NCBI GenBank assembly: GCA_031411295.1
Contig: JANOAV010000012.1
Location: 1 to 34,497, forward strand
Origin: Verrucomicrobiales bacterium
GTDB lineage: Bacteria > Verrucomicrobiota > Verrucomicrobiia > Verrucomicrobiales > V1-33
DNA length: 34,497 bases
Direction of reading: 5' to 3'
The position numbers and the translations under genes are program-made. The notes beneath the pieces are model-generated. The model ran no database searches and was not told where the DNA came from. It worked only from the letters and a program-made list of their open reading frames with translations. The number at the start of each line of letters is the position of its first letter. Within the stretch, counting starts at the first letter, position 1. Shown here piece by piece: positions 1 through 9,100 of the stretch.

Positions 1-129
1 CAAGGAACGCCCGCCGAGGAGCTGTCCCCGCACCCTGCGCCAACCCGTCAAAGCCTGGCCCAAAACCAAAATCCCCAGCTCCCAACCGCTCGTCAAAACC
101 ATCACCATCACCAATCCTTAAAGGCATTG
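1..129 (+). mobile_element. Right end of a probable IS4-family insertion sequence: transposase C-terminus (2..121, 5'-partial) plus terminal inverted repeat (~117..129)
   Basis: Frame 2 reads KERPPRSCPRTLRQPVKAWPKTKIPSSQPLVKTITITNP*, a basic Pro-rich tail resembling the R..RSCPR.VRQP...WP ends of IS4-group transposases. The stop codon (119-121) lies inside CTTAAAGGCATTG, whose reverse complement CAATGCCTTTAAG resembles the IS4 terminus TAATGCC...TTAAG. Only 39 codons are visible. Confidence 0.6.
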
Positions 130-248
130 GCTTAAAAGCGGAACTCCAACGGATGTTGCTAAATCCTCGAGTGTTTGGTGATTCGTAGCGATGTGGGGGA
201 GAGGAGCATCGCGCTGGTCATCACGCGGAGCGATGATGACTACTTTAG

Positions 249-300
249 AAAAACGTCAGCCCGCACCGCAGCGGATGAACCGATGGCGGGTGCGGGCTGA
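249..300 (-). terminator. Rho-independent terminator downstream of the DUF5069 gene
   Basis: Perfect 12-bp inverted repeat TCAGCCCGCACC (256-267) / GGTGCGGGCTGA (289-300), followed on the minus strand by CGTTTTT. It lies ~25 nt past the stop at 325. Confidence 0.7.
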
Positions 301-324
301 GGCCGAAATGCGGTGTTTCCTGAA

Positions 325-765
325 CTACGCGAGTTCTTCGCGATGGAAGGACTGCCAGTCGTCGAGGTTGTTCAGGTTGATGGCGTCCTTGATTTTGCCT
401 TCGTCGGCAATGCCGCAGGCTCCGAGGATGGAGGTGCGGACGTCGTCGGCGTGGTTGTAACCGATGATGGCGTCGTTAAGGGATTTGACGGCGGCCTGAT
501 CCAGATTGCCGCCTTTTTTCGCGAGCACCCAGGCTTCAGTTTGGGGATAGCTGGGTTTCTTGTCAGCAATGAAGGCGAGGAATTCCGCGCGATCCAAGCC
601 GAGTCCGTCGAGGACCATTTGGTCGTAGCCTTTGCCACAGCCGGGGTAGTCGGCGTGGAGTTTACCCACCGCTTCCAGGGAGCTTTTCTGCCAGAGGCGG
701 GGAAGATGAAGCACGCCGAGGGGGCCTGCGATGCCGGAACTAATTAATGGAATGAATTTACTCAT
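325..765 (-). CDS. DUF5069-family protein (146 aa)
   Basis: MSKFIPLISSGIAGPLGVLHLPRLWQK...ADYPGCGKGYDQMVLDGLGLD...NLNNLDDW matches my recollection of DUF5069 proteins common in Verrucomicrobia. The start was moved from 843 to the ATG at 765, which follows an A/C-rich leader. Confidence 0.75.
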   Translation of the reverse strand: MSKFIPLISSGIAGPLGVLHLPRLWQKSSLEAVGKLHADYPGCGKGYDQMVLDGLGLDRAEFLAFIADKKPSYPQTEAWVLAKKGGNLDQAAVKSLNDAIIGYNHADDVRTSILGACGIADEGKIKDAINLNNLDDWQSFHREELA

Positions 766-847
766 AAATAAGGTTTGGTTGATTGGTTTCGGAGCCCACA
801 CGGACTCGATGCCGAATAAAGCGAGGGAAGCCGATTTCGGCAATCAA

Positions 848-1807
848 TCAATCACGGGTCGCGAAGAAAATTTCGCCTTCGCCCTTGAAGAAGTTGATCA
901 GATTCATGGTGGCCTTCATGGCTTGGCGCGGCACGCTTTCGAAGGTGCGGGAGCCGATGTGTGGGGTGATGATGGCCTTGGGATGACGCAAGAGGGGATG
1001 ATCTGCGGGGGGCGGTTCCACTTCCATCACGTCGGCGGCATATCCGCCGAGGTGGCCGGAATCCAAGGCTGCGAGCAAGGCGCTGGTTTCCACCAATTCT
1101 CCGCGGGAGGAGTTAATCAGCAGGGTGCCGGGACGCATGAGGGCGATGCGGCGGGCGTCGATCAGGTAACGGGTGTCCTCCCGCAGCATGGTGTGCAGGC
1201 TGACGATGTCCACGGAGCTGACCAACGAGTCGATGGTGTCATGACGGATGAGTTTATACTGCTCCGCAAAGGCATCCGGCCAGAAGTTGCCGTAGCCGTG
1301 GATTTCCATGTCGAATCCATGGCAGCGTTTGATCGTTTCCTGACCAATGCGCCCGAGTCCGATGATGCCGATTTTCTTGCGCCAGAGTTCGTTTCCAGTG
1401 AGGCGCGTCCATTTGCCGGCCCGGGTGAAATTGACTTCATCGACTAAGTTCCGCACCAGCGCGAGCATGAGGGCGAAGGTGTGCTCTGCCACGGTGGTAT
1501 GATTCACCCCCGGGGTAAATAAGACGGGGATGCCGAGTTCCTGGCAGGCTCCGAGGTCGATCTTATCCAGGCCGATGCCGTATTTGGAAATGACCTTGAG
1601 GCGGGGACTGCATTTATCCAAGACGGCTCGGGTAATGTCGTCATCACCACAGAGGAAACCATCGAACTGACCCGCCAATTCCAACATGCGTGATTCAGGA
1701 AGGGGGCCGCGCTCGCGCACGATTTCGAAGTCCTGGCCCTCGAGGGTGGCGTGATGGGCTCCGGGGGTGTCTTGATAGGAGGTGGTGGTAAGGAGGATGC
1801 GTTTCAT
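848..1807 (-). CDS. D-isomer-specific 2-hydroxyacid dehydrogenase (phosphoglycerate dehydrogenase-like, no ACT domain)
   Basis: GIGLDKID and TPGVN..TVAEH motifs, Rossmann GLGRIG, and the catalytic Arg/Glu/His motifs NSSRG, DVMEVEP and TPHIG. Confidence 0.9.
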   Translation of the reverse strand: MKRILLTTTSYQDTPGAHHATLEGQDFEIVRERGPLPESRMLELAGQFDGFLCGDDDITRAVLDKCSPRLKVISKYGIGLDKIDLGACQELGIPVLFTPGVNHTTVAEHTFALMLALVRNLVDEVNFTRAGKWTRLTGNELWRKKIGIIGLGRIGQETIKRCHGFDMEIHGYGNFWPDAFAEQYKLIRHDTIDSLVSSVDIVSLHTMLREDTRYLIDARRIALMRPGTLLINSSRGELVETSALLAALDSGHLGGYAADVMEVEPPPADHPLLRHPKAIITPHIGSRTFESVPRQAMKATMNLINFFKGEGEIFFATRD

Positions 1808-1951
1808 GGGGAAGGTGGAGGCCGAGGCCGGGAGGATGTGCCGTCCAAGGCGCGCTAAGGAAAGGCGGGATCCGGCTGATTGCCAGAGGAAATTTTGGTG
1901 GACCCGTTAAGCAAAGCAACGCGACTGCTCTCCTGGAGATTTCTCCTCCAG

Positions 1952-2485
1952 TCAGATCGCTTCAGGAAAGTCCGGACAGACGACTGACTGGCCTGGGGTG
2001 GATGGATCTGACTTGGAATAGAAAAACATTCTTCCGTGCAAATCGCAGAACCAGACTTCGTCCGCCCCGGCTGAGAAATAGAGGCGCTTTTTGGCATCCA
2101 TTTCGTTACGGGTATTGCGCGGGCTGAGCACCTCTACGCAAATCTCTGGAGCAACGGTCAAGACGTTCTGCTTCAGGGAGATGGCCGCCCGAGCAGAGGA
2201 GATCCAGACCACATCCGCTGCCCGAATCCCTTCATTTGTTGAGATGGGGCATTCGGTAACTACTTTTCCTTGAGGCAGTAGCATACGCAGGCGAAAAGCA
2301 ATGTCGGATTGAAAACTGCCATGACTGAATGCTGGAGGTGGGCTCACAATGGGGTAGCCGTAGGCGTCAGATTCGACGCGGAATTCAAGTTTGGCTAACA
2401 CCGGATCGGCACAGATTTCTTCCCAGCGGGCTAGATTAAATGCCTCCTGGTCTGACACGGATGGAAGTTCAAGCGTTGCTGCCAT
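1952..2485 (-). CDS. Uma2 (DUF820) family putative PD-(D/E)xK endonuclease
   Basis: SPPPAFSHG, AADVVW, APEICVEVLSP and KKRLYFSAGADEVW are typical Uma2 motifs. Confidence 0.9.
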   Translation of the reverse strand: MAATLELPSVSDQEAFNLARWEEICADPVLAKLEFRVESDAYGYPIVSPPPAFSHGSFQSDIAFRLRMLLPQGKVVTECPISTNEGIRAADVVWISSARAAISLKQNVLTVAPEICVEVLSPRNTRNEMDAKKRLYFSAGADEVWFCDLHGRMFFYSKSDPSTPGQSVVCPDFPEAI

Positions 2486-2571
2486 GTTCTTCCAATACCA
2501 CGATTTTCAGATTACGCAACCCTGGTGGTTTTGTGCTTGCCGCAGCGAGGGGAAATCGCGACGCTGGAGGG

Positions 2572-4575
2572 ATGAAATGGACCCACCTGAGCTTGGCCGC
2601 GTTGGCTGTGGGCAGTTCCTGTCTTGCGGCGGAACTGGTGGGTGATGCATGGTCGGATGAGCGGAATCCGGTGCGAGTGGCGTTCAAGGGCGAGCGCTTG
2701 GAGGTCTGGTCGCTGCGGCCGATCCGGGACGTGCCGCCACCGACGGATCTGAGAAATCAGGTATGGGCAAAGGAGCCGTTGGATGCGTTCATTCTCCAGA
2801 AGCTGGAAGCTAATGGCCTGACGCCTGCTCCGGCAGCGGATCGGGGGGTGCTGGTGCGGCGTTTGTATCAAGCGCTGATCGGCCTGCCGCCGAGCGCGGA
2901 GGAGACGGAGCAGTTCGTAAATGACGCTTCGCCAAAGGCCACGGAGCAGTTAGTGGATCGATTGCTGGCGAAGGATTCCTTTGGCGAGCACTGGGGCCGC
3001 TGGTGGTTGGATGCGGTGCGTTATGCGGACAGCAATGGCTATGACTGGGATGAATTCCGACCCGCGGCATGGCGGTATCGGGACTATGTGATTCGTTCAC
3101 TGAATGCGGACAAACCTTTCTCCGAGTTCATTCGCGAACAACTCGCGGGCGATGAAATGGTCGCTGGTCCGCCGAAGGATGCGGCGGAGCAGGATCGCTT
3201 GCTGGCGACGGGTTACTTGAGGATCGGCCCGTGGGATAATTCTTCGAAACTTTTCAAAGAGGAGCACAAGAACCTGGCCGCGCATCAGGCAGACCTGACG
3301 GAAACGACCGCCACGGTTTTCCTCGGCATGACCATGGCGTGCTGCCGCTGTCATGATCATAAAACGGAACCGTTGCTGCAGGCGGATCATTACCGGCTGC
3401 GCGCGGTATTTGCGGGGACAAAATTTGCGGATGACCTGCCGCTGGATCTGGCTCCAGAGCAGGAATCCATCAAACAATTCAATGCCGGGATTGATGCGAA
3501 GGAAAAGGACAAAAACAAGGCCAGGGAGCGCTACAAGCCGTTCACGACTGCGCTGCTCATGACGTCGGGCGACCCGGGGGAAACGCACATTTTACAAGCT
3601 GGAGATGCGGACAAGCCAACCGAGGTGGTGCCACCAGGATTGCCTACCTTGCTGCACCCAGAACCGCTGGAACCGGCCACCGTGGCGGCTGGAAATGGTC
3701 GGCGGACCGCCTTCGCGAAGTGGTTGGTGGCCCAAGAAAATCCGCTGACCGCCCGCGTGTTAGTCAATCGCATGTGGCAGGGGATGATGGGGCGGGGCAT
3801 TGTGAGCACGGTGGGAGATTTCGGTCTGAGTGGGGCTCGGCCCACGCATCCAGAGTTGCTGGATTTCCTGGCGACGAGCTTCGTGCACAACGGATGGTCG
3901 CTGAAGAAATTTCTGCGGCGGGTGGCCCTGAGCGCCACGTTCGGTCAGTCGGCCTATGTGGCAGAGGCGGATGCGGCCAAGGCGCGCGAGCTTGATGCGG
4001 AGAACAATTTCTATTGGCGCATGAACCCCCGTCGGCTCACCGCAGAGCAGTTGCGGGATGCATTGTTGGCGGCCTCCGGACTGCTGCAACCAAGCACGGG
4101 CGGGCCGCCGCGGTGGCCGGAGTTACCGGAATCCGTCTTGGCTAGCAACCCTGCGTTCTACGATGACAACAAGGAGAAAACGAAGGGTTGGTATCCCAGT
4201 CCGCCTGACAAAATCAATGTGCGCAGCATTTACCTGGTGCAGAAACGCAGCGTCCATGTGCCGCTGCTGGAAGCGTTCGATCTGCCGGATAATTTCGTGA
4301 GTTGTTCGCGTCGGGAAATTTCCACTTCCGCCCCTCAGGCGTTTGCCCTGCTCAACAATCCACTGGCCCAGCAATGTGCCAAAGCCTTGGCGGAGCAGGC
4401 GAGGAAGGCGGATGCCAGCACGCCGGAAGCAACTGCGCGACAAGCTTGGCGCAGGGCGTTGGGTCGCTGGCCGACGGAGGCGGAAATGCGGGCAACGGCA
4501 AATTTGCGCGCCCGCAGTTTGGAGGAATTTTGCCGGGCGATCTTGAACCTCAACGAATTCGTTTATGTTGACTAA
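2572..4575 (+). CDS. Secreted DUF1549/DUF1553 (PSD1-type) protein
   Basis: GGAGG RBS before ATG 2572 and a signal peptide. DUF1549 motifs: GEHWGRWWLDAVRYADSNG, AWRYRDYVIRSLNADKP, CCRCHDHK. DUF1553 motifs: NPLTARVLVNRMWQ, PTHPELLDFLA, RRLTAEQLRD, APQAFALLN. Confidence 0.9.
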   Translation: MKWTHLSLAALAVGSSCLAAELVGDAWSDERNPVRVAFKGERLEVWSLRPIRDVPPPTDLRNQVWAKEPLDAFILQKLEANGLTPAPAADRGVLVRRLYQALIGLPPSAEETEQFVNDASPKATEQLVDRLLAKDSFGEHWGRWWLDAVRYADSNGYDWDEFRPAAWRYRDYVIRSLNADKPFSEFIREQLAGDEMVAGPPKDAAEQDRLLATGYLRIGPWDNSSKLFKEEHKNLAAHQADLTETTATVFLGMTMACCRCHDHKTEPLLQADHYRLRAVFAGTKFADDLPLDLAPEQESIKQFNAGIDAKEKDKNKARERYKPFTTALLMTSGDPGETHILQAGDADKPTEVVPPGLPTLLHPEPLEPATVAAGNGRRTAFAKWLVAQENPLTARVLVNRMWQGMMGRGIVSTVGDFGLSGARPTHPELLDFLATSFVHNGWSLKKFLRRVALSATFGQSAYVAEADAAKARELDAENNFYWRMNPRRLTAEQLRDALLAASGLLQPSTGGPPRWPELPESVLASNPAFYDDNKEKTKGWYPSPPDKINVRSIYLVQKRSVHVPLLEAFDLPDNFVSCSRREISTSAPQAFALLNNPLAQQCAKALAEQARKADASTPEATARQAWRRALGRWPTEAEMRATANLRARSLEEFCRAILNLNEFVYVD

Positions 4576-6007
4576 CCGACGAGATTTTCTTGCCCGGGTC
4601 GGCTGCGGATTCGGTGGCTTGGCGCTCCAAGCGTTGATGGACCAAGCTCGCGCGGCCAAACCTCCGGCCATTGGGTTCGATCCCACCCAACCGCATTTAC
4701 CGCGTCCACCAGCCTTTGCTCCGAAGGCCAAGTCGGTGATTTTTCTTTACATGGTGGGTGGCCCGGGATCGATGGATACCTTCGATTACAAGCCGGAGTT
4801 GCAGCGCTGCGGGGGTCAGAAGGTGCCGGAGTCCCTGCGGAAAGCGGTGGCTGGCACGCGCTATGCCAATGTCTTTGAAAGCTGCAAGGACGAACTGCTG
4901 GCCAGTCCGTGGAAATTTAAACAGCAGGGCGAAAGCGGGCTGTGGGTGTCCGATTTATTTCCTAACGTGGCGCGGCACGTGGATGATCTTTGCGTGATCC
5001 ACTCCATGCAGGCGAACAGCAATAATCATGCGCCTGCCAGCATCCAGATGCACACGGGCGATGTCAATGGCGGCAAGGCCAGCATTGGTTCGTGGGTGAC
5101 GTATGGCTTGGGATCGGAAAATCAAAACCTCCCGGCGTATGTATTGTTGTTTGAAGCGGGCCCGTTGGGTGGGGCGACGAATTACACCAACGGATTCCTT
5201 CCCGCCGCGTTCCAAGGCACGCGCCTGCGCGATTCCAACCCGCCGGTGCTGGATTTGCTGCCGCCGGAGGAATTCGCTGGGGGACAAGACTTAACGTTTC
5301 AGGCGCTGCGGGAATTGAATGGGATGCATCGGCAGACACGGCCGGGGTTTGGGGAACTGGACGCGCGCATTGCGAGCTATGAACTGGCGTATCGCATGCA
5401 AGCTGCGGCTTTGGAGGTGGGTGATGTGACCGCCGAGCCGAACTACATTTTGGAACAATACGGCTGCCATCATGCCAATGCCCGGACCGTGAAATTCGGC
5501 CGCAAATGCCTGCTGGCGCGACGGTTGGTGGAACGTGGCGTGCGTTTTGTGCAACTCTACGATATGCACGAGAAGGATGGTTGGGATGCTCATGAAAATT
5601 TAAAGGAAAATCATGAAGCCCGGGCGTTGGTGGCGGATCAACCGATTGCCGGCCTGCTGGCGGATCTGAAATCGCGCGGGCTGCTTGACACCACGCTGGT
5701 CGTGTGGGCCAGCGAGTTCGGGCGCACGCCGATGACGCAGGGGAAATCCGGTCGCCAACACAACGCGGCGGGTTTCACGGTTTGGATGACTGGCGGGGGC
5801 ACCAAGCCCGGGCTGCGTCTCGGGGCGACGGATGATTTCGGGCTGATGGCGACGGATCGCCCCATCGCGTTCCGGGACCTGCACGCCACGATCTTGAAAC
5901 TGCTGGGTGTTTCCCATGAACAGCTTTATTTCGAGACCAGTGGTCGGCTGGAACGGCTGACTGGAGTGCAGAATCAAGCGATGGTGATTCCAGAGGTGCT
6001 GGCGTGA
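4565..6007 (+). CDS. DUF1501-family protein with Tat signal (alkaline phosphatase/sulfatase-like fold)
   Basis: N-terminal NRRDFL, then AKSVIFLYMVGGPGSMDTFDYKP, YELAYRMQ, CLLARRLVERGVRFVQLY, WDAH and SEFGRTP. It overlaps the upstream stop by 11 nt. Confidence 0.93.
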   Translation: MLTNRRDFLARVGCGFGGLALQALMDQARAAKPPAIGFDPTQPHLPRPPAFAPKAKSVIFLYMVGGPGSMDTFDYKPELQRCGGQKVPESLRKAVAGTRYANVFESCKDELLASPWKFKQQGESGLWVSDLFPNVARHVDDLCVIHSMQANSNNHAPASIQMHTGDVNGGKASIGSWVTYGLGSENQNLPAYVLLFEAGPLGGATNYTNGFLPAAFQGTRLRDSNPPVLDLLPPEEFAGGQDLTFQALRELNGMHRQTRPGFGELDARIASYELAYRMQAAALEVGDVTAEPNYILEQYGCHHANARTVKFGRKCLLARRLVERGVRFVQLYDMHEKDGWDAHENLKENHEARALVADQPIAGLLADLKSRGLLDTTLVVWASEFGRTPMTQGKSGRQHNAAGFTVWMTGGGTKPGLRLGATDDFGLMATDRPIAFRDLHATILKLLGVSHEQLYFETSGRLERLTGVQNQAMVIPEVLA

Positions 6008-6167
6008 GAATTCGACCCACGAAATAAGGGACTCTCCTACGCTTCTAGGATTGCGTAATTCTAGAAATTCAGGCAAATTGTCTGAATAAATTGTCACAAT
6101 GGTTTCCCCGGGCCGTTGTTTCCTCCTTGTAATTGCATTCCGACCAATTCTTCCCCCCATCCCCTGT

Positions 6168-9100
6168 ATGATTCTCCGCATTTCCTCTGCGCTGGCGTTG
6201 CTGGCGTGTTCGTCCGTCTCGATCTCGTCGTTGTTGGCGGTGCCAGTGGCGGTCAATGACAGTTTCACCACGGCGGAGGATACGGCTTATGCGGGTGCCT
6301 CCACGTTGGTCTTCCAGGGGGATTTCGAACCGCTGACGGCTACGAATGTGGCGGCGGGGCCGTGGCGGTTTCTGGATAAGATCCAAAATGAATTGGGCAC
6401 TCCGGCCTCGCAATCGTATCCGCTGGACGGAGCGGGGCGGAATTGGAAGGCGCTGAATTTTGATGAGGCCACATCCGCCATTGGGCCGTGGGGCACGAAT
6501 GCGCTGCCGATCAACTACGGAGCCCTGGACGGGGTTCCGGCAACGGCTACGACGAATGTTCTCAGTCCCAACGTGATTAATCTAACGACGGGCAATCCAG
6601 TGACCACCGTGTTGCTTCGCAAAGTCTTCACGGCGGCGGCGGCAGATGCCGCCAGGACTGACTGGAGCCTGAACTATCTGGTCGATGATGGCATGATCGT
6701 TTACTTGAATGGCACGGAAATCGCCCGGGTGAACATGCCAGTGGACCCCATTACCACAAACTCCATTTCTACCGCTAACGGAAATGAAACGACTTACACG
6801 AATCTTCCCGTTACGCTGCCGACCAGCCTGATGGTAACGGGCCAGAATGTGCTGGCAGTGGAGATGCACCAAACGTCGCTTACCAGCGGAGATATTGGGC
6901 TGGACATGACGTTCACCCCGACGGGTGGCTCAGTGGATGATGGATTCGTGGGAGTGGAAAAGGCGTTTGGGACCAATGGGCTGGCACGTGGCGGTGGTGG
7001 TGGCAGCGGCAACGGTGGGGACGTGGAGGTAACGGCATTCTCGACTACTGCTGGATTTAACGGTGGTGGCGGAGTTACGGTGGACGTGGGTTATCAACCG
7101 GCGGTCACGCCGCCCCTAAGTCCGACGACGCGGAGTGCCTCGGCAGCTTGGGATAAAGCGTTTACGCTCGCGGCTGCCTCTACGCTACGTCTCAGCTTTC
7201 GTCATAGGATTGTGCTGAATGGCAACATGAGTGCCACTGAGTGGGGGGAGACAACCATGCAGATTGATGGGATCAAATACGGCACCCCGGCACCCACTGG
7301 CCCCAACACTTATCCCGCAGGCTGGAAATACGTTTCCCGCACGATTGGTGCTGGCAGTGCCAACGGGGGCATCGTGGACAGTGGTTGGCAGACCTATACC
7401 ATTGACATTCCATTAGCGGTGGGCGCTCACACGTTGCGCCTCGGGGCGTTTAGCAATATCACTAACGCTAATGCCAAGCACGTCCAAGGTTTCTTCGACG
7501 ACATCGTTGGCAGCATCGTGGGAGCGGGCGGAAGCTTGCTCAGCAATGACACGGGCGGAGCTACGCAAGCGGTCTTGGTGGCGGGTCCGAGCAACGGTGT
7601 CCTCAATTTGAACACCGATGGCACGTTCAACTACACTCCGGCCACCAACTTCAACGGCACGGACTCCTTTACTTACAAGGCCAGCGATGGCACCACCCAG
7701 TCGGCTAATACCGCCACCGTGTCCATTACGGTTACGCCGGTGAATGATCCTCCAGTAGCGGTGGCGAATCCCAGCTACAGCACACTGGAAGATACCCCGC
7801 TGACCATCAACGCAGCCAGCGGCGTGCTGGCAAATGACACGGATGTGGATGGCGACACCCTCACCGCGGTGATGGTCACCACCGTGAGTGCAGCGAGCGG
7901 CAGCCTGACGTTGAACAGCAATGGTAGTTTCACTTACACCCCAGCGGCCAACTTTAGTGGCACCGCTAGTTTCACCTATCATGCACGGGATGCGGCATTG
8001 GATTCCAACGTAGTGACCGCCACCATCACGGTCACTCCGGTCAATGATCCACCCGTGGCGGTGGCGGACACTTACAACGTGCCAAAAAATGGCGCGCTGA
8101 CGATCACGGATCTCAACGGGACGTCCATCACAGAAAATCTCATCCTCGGCACGGAGCGCGATGGTGCTGGCCAAGCCATCGTGGTGAAGGGGTCCATCTG
8201 GAAATATTTCGCCACCGCAGCCGCTCCGGTGGACACCGTGGCTGTGCCGTGGACCTCTTTGGCGTTCGATGATTCCTTGTGGTCGGAAGGAGAATCCGAG
8301 CTGGGTTATGGCGACGGCCCCACGCGGCCCGAAGCCACCTTGATCCCCGATGACGCTGTGCCGGGCTATGGCACCTCCACAAATCGCTACACCACCTCTT
8401 ACTTCCGCAAGACGGTGAATATCCTAAACTTAGCCGATATCACCGGGATCAAGTTGGAAGTGCTGCGGGATGACGGTGCCGTATTTTATATCAACGGCAC
8501 CCCAGCCTATCGCAATAACATCACGCCGAATCCAATCTACAGCACCTTTGCCACCAACACGGCCGCTAGCAACGAGAACATTTTCTTCGATGCGGCCGTT
8601 TTGGGCACCACAGGCGAGACCAACAACTGGATCAACGTTGCCCCCACCAAGGCCTTGCTGGTGGAAGGCGGTAATATTTTCGCAGCGGAAGTGCATCAGT
8701 CGGACCTTATCAGTTCCGACGTCAGCTTCGATTGTAAATTTTCCGTGACGCGCTTCACCAACGCTGGACTGCTGAAAAATGATACGGACCCCGAAGGCTC
8801 AGCGCTCACTGCCATCCTCGTCGCTGGCCCCAGCCATGGCTCGCTGACGTTGAATTCCGACGGCAGCTTCACCTACACGCCCACAGTCGGCTATGCCGGG
8901 CCGGATTCCTTTACCTACCGGGCAAACGATGGGGGCGTTAATTCCAATATTGCCACCGTTACGCTTAATGTGGTCAATGCAGGTAACGTCAAACCCATTG
9001 CCGTAAATGACGCTTACAACACCGCCGTCGAGGACACGACGCTCACGATTCCTGCCGCCACTGGGGTGGTGGTGAACGATACCGATGCAGACGGGGACGC

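Noticed and set aside
1952..2485. Uma2 as part of a defence or toxin-antitoxin system
   Set aside because: No partner, methylase or defence genes are nearby. Solo Uma2 genes are common in PVC genomes.
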